From IMG/VR virus record IMGVR_UViG_2879469214_000003, positions 64,001 through 127,851 of that record: 63,851 nucleotides of DNA. One strand, given 5' to 3'. A program made the position numbers and the translations under genes. The notes below the pieces were generated by a model. It was not told the origin of the DNA. It made no database searches and saw only the letters and a program-made list of their open reading frames with translations. Below are positions 38,319 to 49,366 of this stretch, piece by piece (positions within the stretch are counted from its first letter, which is position 1; each line of letters opens with the position of its first letter). Source of the DNA: a virus. Lineage: Duplodnaviria > Heunggongvirae > Uroviricota > Caudoviricetes.

Positions 38319-38449
38319 TTTTATATACTTTTAACAATAAAATAATACATATAATCATTATAAAAAATACAGTAATATGGACAGGATGAGATAATCCATC
38401 TCTCCTCTCCACCTTTTTTTACATTAAAATAATTTGGGGGCAATATAAT

Positions 38450-38632
38450 ATGGCAAAACGCAATAATTCTATTCAATTCAAGGGATTTCTTAATACAGAA
38501 GTAATGGAGATCACAGAGAAAGATAAGGATAGCTTGAAGGTGTATGATTTACTTGAAGAACTTAAATTTTATGATGGAAAAGATGTAACAATCTCAATCA
38601 AAGAAGATTTGCCAGTTATTCCAAAGGGGTGA
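38450..38632 (+). CDS. YonK-like protein
   Basis: 60 aa, MAKRNNSIQFKG...YDGKDVTISIKE; SPbeta synteny. Confidence 0.65.
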   Translation: MAKRNNSIQFKGFLNTEVMEITEKDKDSLKVYDLLEELKFYDGKDVTISIKEDLPVIPKG

Positions 38633-38636
38633 TTGA

Positions 38637-39818
38637 GTGACTCCTACAGTTATTAAAAGAGGTTCAAATGAAACAATTACAGACTACCATATTCGGTTAG
38701 GTGACAATCTTGAATTATATGAACTGAATTGGACAAAAGCAGCGGAGCTATTAAATCAAGAATCAGAGGAAGAATATACTGAATCGAGATGGCGCAAGAA
38801 ATATGCTTCTTATATCGAATGGAAACCAATTATTCTTGAGAAATATGCAACCAATGAACTTGCTGATGAAGTCAGAGATGCCACCTTACAATTAAAAAAA
38901 GAAAATGTTAAACTTCGTGACCAAAAACGTGAATATAATCAATTAATCTTTAAAGAGGCGCGCTTTGAAAACCTTCAAAGTATCGTTAAAGATGCTATTC
39001 TGGATTTAGAAAGGCTCAAGCCCCTCTCTCCACCTTCTTCTCCACTCTCACTAGTAACTAACAAAAAAAGCATTTCCCTGTGGAGCGATTGGCACGTTGG
39101 AAGTGAATTTAAGAATGGCTTAAATACATATAACATAGATATTTTTAGATCAAGATTGTCAAAACTAATTGCAAAAACACTCAGCTATAGTAAGAGAAAT
39201 GAAATTGATGAAATTATTGTAGCTAACCTCGGAGACATTATACATGGAGCTATTCATGTATCTGCACGAGTTCAATCTGGCGAAGACGTAATTAATCAGA
39301 TTCAGATTGCTGCTGAGAGTGTTGCAGAAGCCCTTGCAGAACTTTCCCTGCATCATCGTAAAGTTAAATTCATTAATATTATTGGCAATCATAGTAGACT
39401 AATTTCAAATAAACACGACTCAATTTTCCGAGAAAATTTAGAATATCTGATTCCTTGGTTTTTAGAAACAAGACTGAAAGAATTTAATAATATTGAGATA
39501 GTAAAAGATACTGACGGAATTTATGTTGAGGAAATTGAAGGAGAAAATCATGTCTTCGTTCATGGCGATCTCGATTCGGCATACACCTCCGCGAAGAATC
39601 TACCTCAATTGCTAGGATTTGTCCCTAAATATATTTACTCGGGACATATTCACCATAATTATGAAAAAGAGTTTGGCAAAACCGAAGCAGTGGTGAACGG
39701 TAGCTTGATGGGTGTAGATGACTATGCAATTTCTAAACGTTATTATGCAACACCTATGCAAAAATACATAATTTTAGATGGTTCCGATATTGAGTGTACA
39801 TATAAAATTAAATTTTAA
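38637..39818 (+). CDS. Calcineurin-like metallophosphoesterase (YonJ-like)
   Basis: SDWHVG, NLGDIIHG, IGNHSR, HGD, GHIHH. Confidence 0.85.
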   Translation: MTPTVIKRGSNETITDYHIRLGDNLELYELNWTKAAELLNQESEEEYTESRWRKKYASYIEWKPIILEKYATNELADEVRDATLQLKKENVKLRDQKREYNQLIFKEARFENLQSIVKDAILDLERLKPLSPPSSPLSLVTNKKSISLWSDWHVGSEFKNGLNTYNIDIFRSRLSKLIAKTLSYSKRNEIDEIIVANLGDIIHGAIHVSARVQSGEDVINQIQIAAESVAEALAELSLHHRKVKFINIIGNHSRLISNKHDSIFRENLEYLIPWFLETRLKEFNNIEIVKDTDGIYVEEIEGENHVFVHGDLDSAYTSAKNLPQLLGFVPKYIYSGHIHHNYEKEFGKTEAVVNGSLMGVDDYAISKRYYATPMQKYIILDGSDIECTYKIKF

Positions 39819-39975
39819 AAGAATACATAAATCGACTACCTGATTAAAAATAAAATCGGGTTTTTTCTTATTTATTTTTACATGGGGAGATCCTGCCATA
39901 AGGTTCTTTAAACCGGACGCTCCCTCCTACCCCATGATTTTTCATTAAGGAGCATGTTTAGGAAGGTGATGCAGA

Positions 39976-40878
39976 ATTACTGCCTCAAAGAATATAAAAT
40001 TAAAATGTTTAAAGTGTAATGAGTTAAAAATGCCAACCACTTTCTATGTGAACACGAATCCGCTGTTCTCCACCGATAAGATTCAAATATGTAAGAAATG
40101 TATATCTGATCACATTGGATCAAAAGAGTCAAATGGCTATGAGGATAGGATTAAATCTGTGCTAGCAATTATGGATAAGCCCTTCATTTACGATGCATGG
40201 GTGAGTAGCGATAAAGATTGGAGTAAGTACATCCCTCAAATCTCATCGTTGTCACACTACAAAGGAAAGACTTTTTCCGATAGTGTCTTTAATTCAACGC
40301 CAGAATATAGCGCTTCTGATGATTTGAATGAATACTCAGAAACACAGGTTACTCTAAACGACGATGAAAAAAATAAATATGTCTCTTTCTGGGGAAAAGG
40401 ATATGAAATTGATGACTACTTATATCTGGAAAATGAATACGAAACACTCTTAAGTTCATATGAGTGTGATTCTTATGCTCAAGAGATGCTTTTTCAAGAA
40501 ATAGCTCATGAAAAATTATCCATTAGAAAAGCAAGAGAAGCTAACAAACCCACAGAAAAGCTACTTAAAACACTACAAGAACTACTTGGTTCGTCTAATA
40601 TCAAACCAGTTCAAGAAACTGGAGCAAACGCAACAGAACAGGCAACTTTTGGAACATTGATTAAAAAGTACGAAAATGAACGACCTGTGCCTGAACCAGA
40701 TCCGATGTGGGCTGATGTTGACGGTATCAAAAAGTACGTTCAAATTTGGTTCTTAGGTCACTTATGCAGAATGTTGGGAATTAACAATGAATATTCGCAG
40801 ATGTATGAAGATGAGATATCTAAATACAAAGTTGATGCACCCGAATACGTTGAAGATGATGAAACGGTGAGTTCATGA
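39976..40878 (+). CDS. Putative terminase small subunit (YonG-like), probable ATT start
   Basis: Directly precedes terL; CLKC upstream of the ATG at 40030 pairs with CKKC; ATT 7 nt after AGGAAGGTG. Confidence 0.6.
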   Translation: MTASKNIKLKCLKCNELKMPTTFYVNTNPLFSTDKIQICKKCISDHIGSKESNGYEDRIKSVLAIMDKPFIYDAWVSSDKDWSKYIPQISSLSHYKGKTFSDSVFNSTPEYSASDDLNEYSETQVTLNDDEKNKYVSFWGKGYEIDDYLYLENEYETLLSSYECDSYAQEMLFQEIAHEKLSIRKAREANKPTEKLLKTLQELLGSSNIKPVQETGANATEQATFGTLIKKYENERPVPEPDPMWADVDGIKKYVQIWFLGHLCRMLGINNEYSQMYEDEISKYKVDAPEYVEDDETVSS

Positions 40879-42656
40879 GTGGACATAAAAACTTCCAAGT
40901 AAATAGGAATAAGTCCTCAAAGGGAAATAATCTGTTCGATAAAGGAAGAAATTACAACAAGCATTCTGATAACCTGTCTAAATCCGACAGATTAAATCAA
41001 GGTATTGGAATCTGGGCAAGTTTTTATCGAGCAAATCCACAAAGATTTGTTAAAGAATATCTAGGGATCAATTTAAAAATGTTTCAGATGATACTCATCT
41101 TTATGATGAATCTGTCTCACTACTTCATGTATCTTGCCAGTCGTGGACAAGGAAAAACATTTCTTACCTCTATATACTGTTGTGTGAGAGCCATCCTCTA
41201 CCCTGAGACTAAAATAATTATAGCATCAGGAACTAAAGGTCAGGCAAGAGAAGTAATAGAAAAGATTGATGATCTTAGGAAAAACTCCTCTAACTTGGCT
41301 AGAGAAATATCCGATTTATCCACCTCAGCAAACGATCCAAAAGTTGAGTTTCACAATGGTAGTTGGATAAAAGTAGTTGCTTCAAATGATGGTGCTCGAA
41401 GTAAACGCGCGAATCTCCTAATAGCAGACGAATTCCGCATGATTGATCTTGACATCATTAATAAAGTTCTTCGAAAGTTCCTCACAGCGCCCCGTCAACC
41501 CAAATATTTAAACAAACCCGAATATGCACATCTTCAGGAAAGAAATAAAGAAGTGTATCTCTCCTCCTGTTGGTACACTGTTCACTGGTCATGGGCAAAA
41601 TTAAAGTCATTTTATAAATCTATGGTATCTGGAAAAAGTTATTTTGTTTGTGGTCTACCCTATCAATTAGCAATCAAAGAAAGTTTGTTGATGGAAGATC
41701 AAGTTAAGGACGAAATGTCTGAAGAAGATTTCGATGCTACAGCATTTTTCATGGAAATGGAATGCATGTTTTTCGGTGAATCCGAGAAAGCATTCTTCAA
41801 ATATGAAGACTTGAATAAGAATCGCAAACTTAATAAGCCTTTATACCCTAGAGATTATTATGGACTTATAAAAGATAAAACATTCCAATATGAAACTAAA
41901 AAACTAGGTGAAATAAGATTAGTTAGTTGTGATATTGCAGGTATGGCTGGTAAAGAGAATGACAGTAGTGTTTACACCATTTTCCGGCTAGTTCCAAGTG
42001 CAAAAGGTTTTGATCGCCATATCATTTATATGGAAAGTATATCTGGAGGCCACACCACTACACAGGCAGTTAGGATCCGACAATTATTTAATGATTTTGA
42101 CTGCGACTATCTTGTTTTAGATACACAAAGTATGGGACTTGGTATTTATGATTCTTTGGTTCAACCTCTATTCGATCAAGATAGAAATATAGAGTACGAT
42201 CCTTGGAACTGTATTAATGATGAGAAGATGGCTGAGAGATGTACCTACCCAACTGCTCCAAAGGTTATCTACAGTATAAAGGGTAATCAAGTATTTAACA
42301 GTCAGTGTGCTATCTTACTTAGAGATGGACTAAAAAAGGGCAAAGTTAAACTCTTGCTTAACGATATGGAAGGAAGAGAATATCTCAAGAAGCTAAAAGG
42401 CTATTCAGATTTGCCAGTAGAATTGCAGGTTAAATACGAAATGCCATTTAATCAGACTACACTGCTCATTAATGAAATGATAAACCTTGAAGGCGAAATT
42501 ACTGATAATGGCCTAGTACGACTTAGAGAACCTAAAACAAAAAGAAAAGATAGATACAGTTCAGTTACATACGGAAATTATATTGCTACCGAACTAGAAA
42601 GAAGTCTCTTTAGAGAAACAAACAACGATGATCATCATTTCTTTATTTATGGCTAG
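40875..42656 (+). CDS. terL: Terminase large subunit
   Basis: [19 protein letters not shown] nuclease motif, KRKDRYSS. Confidence 0.92.
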   Translation: MSGHKNFQVNRNKSSKGNNLFDKGRNYNKHSDNLSKSDRLNQGIGIWASFYRANPQRFVKEYLGINLKMFQMILIFMMNLSHYFMYLASRGQGKTFLTSIYCCVRAILYPETKIIIASGTKGQAREVIEKIDDLRKNSSNLAREISDLSTSANDPKVEFHNGSWIKVVASNDGARSKRANLLIADEFRMIDLDIINKVLRKFLTAPRQPKYLNKPEYAHLQERNKEVYLSSCWYTVHWSWAKLKSFYKSMVSGKSYFVCGLPYQLAIKESLLMEDQVKDEMSEEDFDATAFFMEMECMFFGESEKAFFKYEDLNKNRKLNKPLYPRDYYGLIKDKTFQYETKKLGEIRLVSCDIAGMAGKENDSSVYTIFRLVPSAKGFDRHIIYMESISGGHTTTQAVRIRQLFNDFDCDYLVLDTQSMGLGIYDSLVQPLFDQDRNIEYDPWNCINDEKMAERCTYPTAPKVIYSIKGNQVFNSQCAILLRDGLKKGKVKLLLNDMEGREYLKKLKGYSDLPVELQVKYEMPFNQTTLLINEMINLEGEITDNGLVRLREPKTKRKDRYSSVTYGNYIATELERSLFRETNNDDHHFFIYG

Positions 42657-42680
42657 GATTATGTTGTAAGCAGAGAGTAG

Positions 42681-44192
42681 GTGAAAAAAATAACTGATAA
42701 TCACAATGGGTTGCTAGACAGTAGTTATTACGAACTATCTTCGTTTCATGATTTTTTATCTCAATATAGTCAACAGGGCGCTGTCATTGATGTCAATTTA
42801 AAAGATTTGTATCTATGGCTTAGAAATCCTATGCAGCATCGCAAGAATTTAATTAAATTAAGTAGGTACTATTACAATAAAGAGGGCATAGTTACAGATA
42901 TTTATGATCTATTTAAGACCCTTCCTGTTTTAAACTACTCCGTTAACTTAAATAATGAAGCTACTGCCTTCAAAAAAAATAAAACTCTGATAAACGGATT
43001 CATTAAGAAGATTAACGTTAAGAAGCTTGCAAGAGACACTCTGTTCACACAGATCGTCGAGGGTGTTTGTGTATGGTACAACCGAGGGAATAAATACATA
43101 CAGTTTTTAGAGACTGACCAAATATGCATTGAATACATGGTCAATGGTCGTTGGCAAGTGCTTTATGACTTAGAATACTTGTCTAGTTACAAACTCAACG
43201 CAGGGCTTGCGCAACAAATAAATGCAGCACCTGATGAGGTCACAACTAGGAAATATTTAGACTACAAGGCTGGCAAAGGTGAGCGTTTCGTCCCTCTTGA
43301 TATTCACAAAACTCAAGTGTTTAAACTTCGAGGCTCAAGGAATGAACCTTATAGTATCCCCTACTGCATCCCCGCTGTTGCAAGTATTCTCCATCGAGAC
43401 CTATTGGAGAAAACAGAGAAAGCATTGGCAGATAGGGTTACCAACCAAATTATCATCCAGAAAATTGGCACTATCCCCAGCCAAGACGGAAAAACTCAAC
43501 TTCCCGTATCTAAAGAGGCATCACAAGGATATCACGATAACCTAAAAAACCTAGTTCAAAAGAAACACGATCATCATTCTCCTGATAGTTCATCTACCGC
43601 TCCTCTCACTGTCCCCTCTTTTATCAGTATAGAAGAACTCAAGGTTAATATGAATACTTTCCCAAAAGAAGTGTGGGAACGTATTGAAAGAGACATTTAT
43701 AAGAAGCTCGGATATTCGATGTCATTAAATATGGGTGGCGCGAATGGACAAAGTTTTGGCTCATCTTCTATTAACGTAGAGAAAATCTACTCCACTATCT
43801 TCTACATGTTAGAGGATATTGAAGAAGCTTTGAACTTTTACATGGAGCAGATAGCAACAAATGATAACTTAAACCCTTCTATTCGATTCAGCCGCGCAAC
43901 GATTTTAGATAAAGAGACCGGATTCAAACAAGCTGAATCCCTATATCTCAAAGGCCGGGGTAGCCTAAAAGACTATGTCGAATCTGCTGGATACAATTTT
44001 GATCACTGGCTTGCTCAGGTTAAGTATGAAAATGAAGTTTTGAAGCTTGATGAGTTGCCAGTACACGCAACCAGTTTTACACAGAGCGGCGACAGTTCAT
44101 CTGGAAGAAAGAGTGAGAACAAGTCAACGGACGAATCAGATAAAAATAGCAGCAGCAACGCAAATGATAGTCCATTCCCTAGTAATACTTAA
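42681..44192 (+). CDS. Portal protein
   Basis: 503 aa directly after terL; start may be ATA at 42690. Confidence 0.75.
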   Translation: MKKITDNHNGLLDSSYYELSSFHDFLSQYSQQGAVIDVNLKDLYLWLRNPMQHRKNLIKLSRYYYNKEGIVTDIYDLFKTLPVLNYSVNLNNEATAFKKNKTLINGFIKKINVKKLARDTLFTQIVEGVCVWYNRGNKYIQFLETDQICIEYMVNGRWQVLYDLEYLSSYKLNAGLAQQINAAPDEVTTRKYLDYKAGKGERFVPLDIHKTQVFKLRGSRNEPYSIPYCIPAVASILHRDLLEKTEKALADRVTNQIIIQKIGTIPSQDGKTQLPVSKEASQGYHDNLKNLVQKKHDHHSPDSSSTAPLTVPSFISIEELKVNMNTFPKEVWERIERDIYKKLGYSMSLNMGGANGQSFGSSSINVEKIYSTIFYMLEDIEEALNFYMEQIATNDNLNPSIRFSRATILDKETGFKQAESLYLKGRGSLKDYVESAGYNFDHWLAQVKYENEVLKLDELPVHATSFTQSGDSSSGRKSENKSTDESDKNSSSNANDSPFPSNT

Positions 44193-44218
44193 TATTAATC
44201 CTATGACTGGTTAAGGAG

Positions 44219-45703
44219 GTGAGAAATATAAAAAGAGAAAAGATTATTTCCCTCAAATCAAAAAATCTTGAGCTGAATAGCACATCAAATGACGTATATA
44301 TGGAATTGAGCATGTGTATTTTGACCGATCAGCCAAACCTTAATAAATTAAAGTTTAATGATAACTATATCAAAGGCGTGGTTGCGAACAAGGACAAATT
44401 TATAGGAATACCACTGGTTGTGAATCGTACAAAACTAGAGAATGGATTCTTTGCAAGTCTTGATCATGAGTTGGATAAACATACTAGCCTTCTTAAAACA
44501 GATACAATAGGCACATTCGTAGATTTCCGTGAGGAAATGGATGCAGACGGGGCTCTTAAGCTTATGGGCGAAGTAAGAATACTTAAACGATACCCTACTG
44601 TTTGTGAGTCGATAATAGAATTATATGAGTCGGGCGATCTTGAGTTTAGTTGTGAAGCAATGGTTTATGGATATGAGTCTATAGATGATGAAACTGGAAT
44701 TCGAAGCGTGAACTATGAATTTGAAGGAAAAGTAAATTCATTATTCGGTTCATGTATTGTATCTGAACCAGCGGAGGTAAAATCAAAACCTACTCTATTG
44801 ATTGCACAGGCTCTAGAAAAAGATTTGGGAGAAGAAATCAGGATGACTAAAACAGATATTGGATTTAATAAAGATATTGAAATTACGTACCATGGAAAAC
44901 TGGAGCTATCGTCGCTAAAATTCTCTGATGTTTCAAATCAAATTTACAACATCCTTAATCCTATCAATCCTCGAAGTAACTTTCGTTCGTACAACTACTA
45001 TATTCAGGAAATGTACGTTGATCATGTAATTGTTGAAGATGAAGATGATTATAAAGTTCTCTTCAAGATCAACTATAAGATTGAGAACGATATTGTTATT
45101 CTGGACGACAAAGAAAATTGGATTGAAGGCTATAAAGGATTTATCCCAAAAGGTGTGAATGTAGATGAACTGATTGAAGCAAGAGAAAAATCAGAAACAG
45201 AAGCAGCGACAATTACGACAGAACTAAATGCAAGACATAAGGAGGCAACTGAGAAAATGGAAGAAGAAGTTAAAGAACTAAACAGTAAAATTGAAGAACT
45301 AGATAGACAAGTCAAAGAACTCAATAGCGCTCTAGTTGGTAAACAAGAAGAGATTCAGACTCTTGAGGAAAGCAAAAAAGAGTTAAACTCTAAGATTGAA
45401 GAATTGGAGCCATATAAATCTAAAGTTGAAACCGCAGAAAAAGAACGACAAATTAATGAGCTCCAAAGCAAATATCAAAAAGTACTTACTGAAGAGTCAA
45501 TGCAGTCTGAAGAAGTAGTACAAGCAATCAATGAACTAAACTCTAGCAAACTAGATGCTATTGTAGTTGCTCAGATTTTGAGTAAGTCTTCTAAAGGTGA
45601 AGAAGAAGAACAAAAAGAAGAAACTGTAATTGTTACTGCTTCAGCACAGCAAGACCTTATCCCTCAATCAGCAAAAGAACGTCTCTACGCACCACGAAAC
45701 TAA
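44219..45703 (+). CDS. Prohead protease / scaffold fusion (YonD-like)
   Basis: N-terminal protease-like domain (LDHE, FSCE) and long acidic coiled coil; start likely ATA at 44228. Confidence 0.7.
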   Translation: MRNIKREKIISLKSKNLELNSTSNDVYMELSMCILTDQPNLNKLKFNDNYIKGVVANKDKFIGIPLVVNRTKLENGFFASLDHELDKHTSLLKTDTIGTFVDFREEMDADGALKLMGEVRILKRYPTVCESIIELYESGDLEFSCEAMVYGYESIDDETGIRSVNYEFEGKVNSLFGSCIVSEPAEVKSKPTLLIAQALEKDLGEEIRMTKTDIGFNKDIEITYHGKLELSSLKFSDVSNQIYNILNPINPRSNFRSYNYYIQEMYVDHVIVEDEDDYKVLFKINYKIENDIVILDDKENWIEGYKGFIPKGVNVDELIEAREKSETEAATITTELNARHKEATEKMEEEVKELNSKIEELDRQVKELNSALVGKQEEIQTLEESKKELNSKIEELEPYKSKVETAEKERQINELQSKYQKVLTEESMQSEEVVQAINELNSSKLDAIVVAQILSKSSKGEEEEQKEETVIVTASAQQDLIPQSAKERLYAPRN

Positions 45704-45729
45704 TTTTTAAATACTAGGAGGATTTATAA

Positions 45730-46182
45730 ATGTCCGCAATTATTAATCAATCAACAGATAATACATATATTGGAAATCTCAAATCTACAGTAACAACAGC
45801 TAACGGTGTATTCGTAACACCGAATTATGGCACCCAATCAGCAACACCTGTGGTGGATGCCGCCGCTGGTGATAAAGCAGGGCTATTGATGGTTTATAAC
45901 CAAAATACGCACATTGACCAAGAACTAGTAGCTGATGCCGACTTCGTTGTTCGTGCTGACAAATTCCTACGACTTAAGCCTTTTCTTCCGGGTAACGCTT
46001 TTACCACTGATCAAATCAATGGCAACATCACCGCTTTTAATGTAGACAGTATTGTAGCTATTGGTGCTGGTGGCAAACTTGAAGCGGTGGGATCACGTAC
46101 CCCTGCAATGACTTTTGTTGTAAAAGAGAAAACAACTCTATATGGTAAGCCAGCTCTTAAAGTTCAAGTAGTAACTGTTTAA
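45730..46182 (+). CDS. Head decoration / minor capsid protein
   Basis: 150 aa between scaffold and capsid genes. Confidence 0.55.
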   Translation: MSAIINQSTDNTYIGNLKSTVTTANGVFVTPNYGTQSATPVVDAAAGDKAGLLMVYNQNTHIDQELVADADFVVRADKFLRLKPFLPGNAFTTDQINGNITAFNVDSIVAIGAGGKLEAVGSRTPAMTFVVKEKTTLYGKPALKVQVVTV

Positions 46183-46213
46183 TAATACATAACATTCGGA
46201 GGAATAAAAATAC

Positions 46214-47206
46214 ATGTCTAATATTAACAAAAGATCAGCAATTATTGAAACAATGTCCAAAGCTACCACCAACAAAAAATATGATGAGATGGATTATGAG
46301 GATTCTGTTAAGCTAATCAAAGAATTGGCTTCTAACCCCAACCCAATGAACCTATATGAGCTCAACCAAATCGTTGCATACTCTGTGGATACTATTTTGG
46401 ACACTCGACTTAAGTATATTGAAATGATTGCTGAAGTTAAGCGAACAGATTTCAATGAACGACCAAAATTCAAAACAAAAACAGAAGGAATTAAAGCTTA
46501 CTGGCAAGCAATTGGTGGCACTGCGGATCGCTCTAAAGTAGGACATAAATATTCTGGTTTGGATATTGAAGAGTTGTCAGCAATGCCAGTTGCCGAGTGG
46601 GCTGAAATTGCTGCTGGTCGATACGATTTTGTGGAATTGCTTCGTGATACCGCAAATGAATTTGAAATCAAAGCAGCTCAGAAAGTGCAAAACACCCTGT
46701 ATGCTGGTTACGAAGGTCTTGCTGCTCCAATTTATGCTTCAGGCAACGGTGTTATTGCAAATGCGTTTGATCCACTCCTTACTGCTATGCAACGCTTTGG
46801 TGGTCGAGCCGCAATCATTGGTGACTACGAAGCATTGCAAAAACTTCCTAATTTGACTTCCATTCAAGGTCGTACAAGTGACAACATTATCGATGAAGTA
46901 AATTCGAATGGTTTGATTGGTACATATAAAGGAGCTCCAGTCATCAAATTGGATAATCCTTATGTTGGATTCCAAGGATATGAGACTGCACTCGATAAAG
47001 GTTTGATCTATATCGTTCCAGCAGCTTCAGATGACCTTAAAACTCTTAAAGTTCAATTTGCTGGCGATGTTGTTCCTATGCAAGAACAAACAATTAAGGA
47101 TCGTTCTTATACAATGCGCTTTGACAAGCATATGGGTGCTGGTTTGGTTGATGCAGGTCGTCACACTTTGGCAATCTACAAAGATGAGACTCTCTCCACT
47201 CTTTAA
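46214..47206 (+). CDS. Major capsid protein
   Basis: 330 aa, strong SD, followed by terminator, head-module position. Confidence 0.75.
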   Translation: MSNINKRSAIIETMSKATTNKKYDEMDYEDSVKLIKELASNPNPMNLYELNQIVAYSVDTILDTRLKYIEMIAEVKRTDFNERPKFKTKTEGIKAYWQAIGGTADRSKVGHKYSGLDIEELSAMPVAEWAEIAAGRYDFVELLRDTANEFEIKAAQKVQNTLYAGYEGLAAPIYASGNGVIANAFDPLLTAMQRFGGRAAIIGDYEALQKLPNLTSIQGRTSDNIIDEVNSNGLIGTYKGAPVIKLDNPYVGFQGYETALDKGLIYIVPAASDDLKTLKVQFAGDVVPMQEQTIKDRSYTMRFDKHMGAGLVDAGRHTLAIYKDETLSTL

Positions 47207-47235
47207 TAGTAATTAGAAACATACAATACATAAAT

Positions 47236-47258
47236 GAGGGAACAGAAATGTTCCCCTC
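47236..47258 (+). terminator. Terminator after capsid gene
   Basis: GAGGG(G)AAC / GTTCCCCTC stem. Confidence 0.6.
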
Positions 47259-47279
47259 TTATCTTTTCGGGAGGAATAT

Positions 47280-47717
47280 ATGCAGACGAAAAAAGTTAAA
47301 GTTACTAATCCATATGCGAGTGCGGTTGGATTGCGTCTAATGGATGGCATGAGAGAAGTTCTTGTGCACCCTAAAGGTTTTATTATGTTGGACTCAGAAG
47401 AAATCTTCTACATCAACAATATGTCTAGTATTTTTAGTAAACGTAGGTTGTTAGTGCAAGATGATGAGGTAAATATGGAGCTTGGATTGATTTCAGAATC
47501 TACAGATGTCGTAGGCATGACTGATGAACAAATCGAGACACTGCTTAAAGGAAACATCATGACAATGAAAAAACATCTCTCTGGAATCACAGATAAACAA
47601 GTGATTGGTCGAGTAATTGAAGTGTCTAAGAAAATCGAAGATTTGGCAACTGGTAAACTAAAAATCATTCAAGAGATTAGCGGATACGATTTTGATCAAC
47701 TTATTTCCGCCGAATAG
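47280..47717 (+). CDS. Hypothetical head-module protein
   Basis: 145 aa after capsid gene. Confidence 0.6.
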   Translation: MQTKKVKVTNPYASAVGLRLMDGMREVLVHPKGFIMLDSEEIFYINNMSSIFSKRRLLVQDDEVNMELGLISESTDVVGMTDEQIETLLKGNIMTMKKHLSGITDKQVIGRVIEVSKKIEDLATGKLKIIQEISGYDFDQLISAE

Positions 47718-47725
47718 GTGGGGAT

Positions 47726-48130
47726 ATGTATACAGGCTACGATTCAATATATGATAGGTTTCTTACCAAAATTACTGACTACGAAATGGCAGAGCTTTTA
47801 GACGAAGAACTTGAAGTACAACTTTTGAAGTATTTGCGTAGCGCGATTTCAGATTTTAAATACGCCTCAAAAATACTTGCTGAAAGAGATGACTCTCAAC
47901 TTGTCTTTCTAAGAGAATTAAGCGATCTCGAACAAGAGATCTTAGCCAAATTTATGATCATACATTGGTTAACTCCTCAGATTTTACGGCTTGAAAACGT
48001 TAGGAATGAGCTGGGAAATAAAGACTTTAAACTGTATTCTCCTGCAAACTTCCTCGATAAAATCAGTAAAATGAAAACCGATATCAAGGCAGAAGTTAAT
48101 CAAGATATGGTTTTTTATTATTACAGTTAG
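47726..48130 (+). CDS. Head-tail adaptor-like protein
   Basis: YDSIYDRFLTKITD...YLRSAI, helical; position. Confidence 0.55.
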   Translation: MYTGYDSIYDRFLTKITDYEMAELLDEELEVQLLKYLRSAISDFKYASKILAERDDSQLVFLRELSDLEQEILAKFMIIHWLTPQILRLENVRNELGNKDFKLYSPANFLDKISKMKTDIKAEVNQDMVFYYYS

Positions 48131-48133
48131 TAG

Positions 48134-49354
48134 GTGTTGCTATTGAATTCAATTAGCGACTACAAAAAAAGAATTGGTAAACAAAAGAATGTTGAGACTG
48201 CGACAGTTAAACATGCAAAACACTCAATCAAAACTTTTTTTCGGCACTCACCATCTTTTGAAGAAGTATTGTTAAATAATGATGAAGTAAAAGTTCCGGT
48301 TCAGATTGTGTCCGATGCAAAAATACCAACTGTAAAAACTATATTGATGGAGCCCGATTATTCTATTAAAGCTGGACATAGCATCAAGCGATCAAATAAT
48401 GAAATTTGGCTTTGCCTTAGCGATGACCCCAATGATGTATATGTCAGTGGAAAAATTGAAAGATGTAATTTCGATTTAAGGTGGATCGACCAAGATGGGT
48501 TTATCCAGTCCTTCCCCTCTATCCTATACTTCAATGCACGTTCAAATTTTGGTACTGAAGAAGATAAGCTAATGAACCTTCCTGCTGGACGTAGACAAAT
48601 TGTAGTGAGTAAAAATGTTGAAACACAATTAATACAACGTGACACACGTTTCATTATTGGTAGCGAAGCATTTAAGGTAATTGATACCGATTATATGTCT
48701 GATGATGGATTGGTTAATCTTAGCTTACAGTCTGATCAAATTGATCCAGTCAAAGACAATCTGGAATTGGGTATTGCTGATTATAATAAACTTAGTAAAT
48801 ATGAATTGATTATTCTTAATGACAATCCATTATCCCTTAGTGCTCACCAATCCGCAAAAATCAACGTCAAAGTATTGAAAAATGGGACTGAAACAATTAA
48901 TCCTCAACTTGAATATTCAAGTTCCAATACTGATTTAGTCAGTGTCGATGAACAAGGGATTGTTACTATTCATGAATCTGGTGAAGTAACTATAACTGTC
49001 TCAGCGTATGGAATTGAAAAACAACTGAATATTTATGTAGCCCACACTATCCATTATGACTATGACGCTACAATAGACGGAGCAAATGATATTTACTTAA
49101 ACCGCGAGTCTACATATGTAGCTAGTTTTTATAATAATGGTATTAAAATTTCTGATGAAAGTTCATTTTCATTAACAAATTTGGATGGCTCCCCTACTCT
49201 CCTCGCCTCAATAACCTCGCAAGATCCTATAGCAAATGCATGCACAGTCAAAGCTAACAGTATTCGTAAATTAGGTACTGTTATTTTACATGTTAAAAAT
49301 GCTAATGGACTGTCTTCGGGACAGAAAGAAATAAAAATTAAATCACTAATATAA
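48134..49354 (+). CDS. Head-closure-like protein with Ig-like (Big_2) domain
   Basis: YSSSNTDLVSVDEQGIVT Ig motif. Confidence 0.55.
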   Translation: MLLLNSISDYKKRIGKQKNVETATVKHAKHSIKTFFRHSPSFEEVLLNNDEVKVPVQIVSDAKIPTVKTILMEPDYSIKAGHSIKRSNNEIWLCLSDDPNDVYVSGKIERCNFDLRWIDQDGFIQSFPSILYFNARSNFGTEEDKLMNLPAGRRQIVVSKNVETQLIQRDTRFIIGSEAFKVIDTDYMSDDGLVNLSLQSDQIDPVKDNLELGIADYNKLSKYELIILNDNPLSLSAHQSAKINVKVLKNGTETINPQLEYSSSNTDLVSVDEQGIVTIHESGEVTITVSAYGIEKQLNIYVAHTIHYDYDATIDGANDIYLNRESTYVASFYNNGIKISDESSFSLTNLDGSPTLLASITSQDPIANACTVKANSIRKLGTVILHVKNANGLSSGQKEIKIKSLI

Positions 49355-49366
49355 AGGAGCGTGTAC

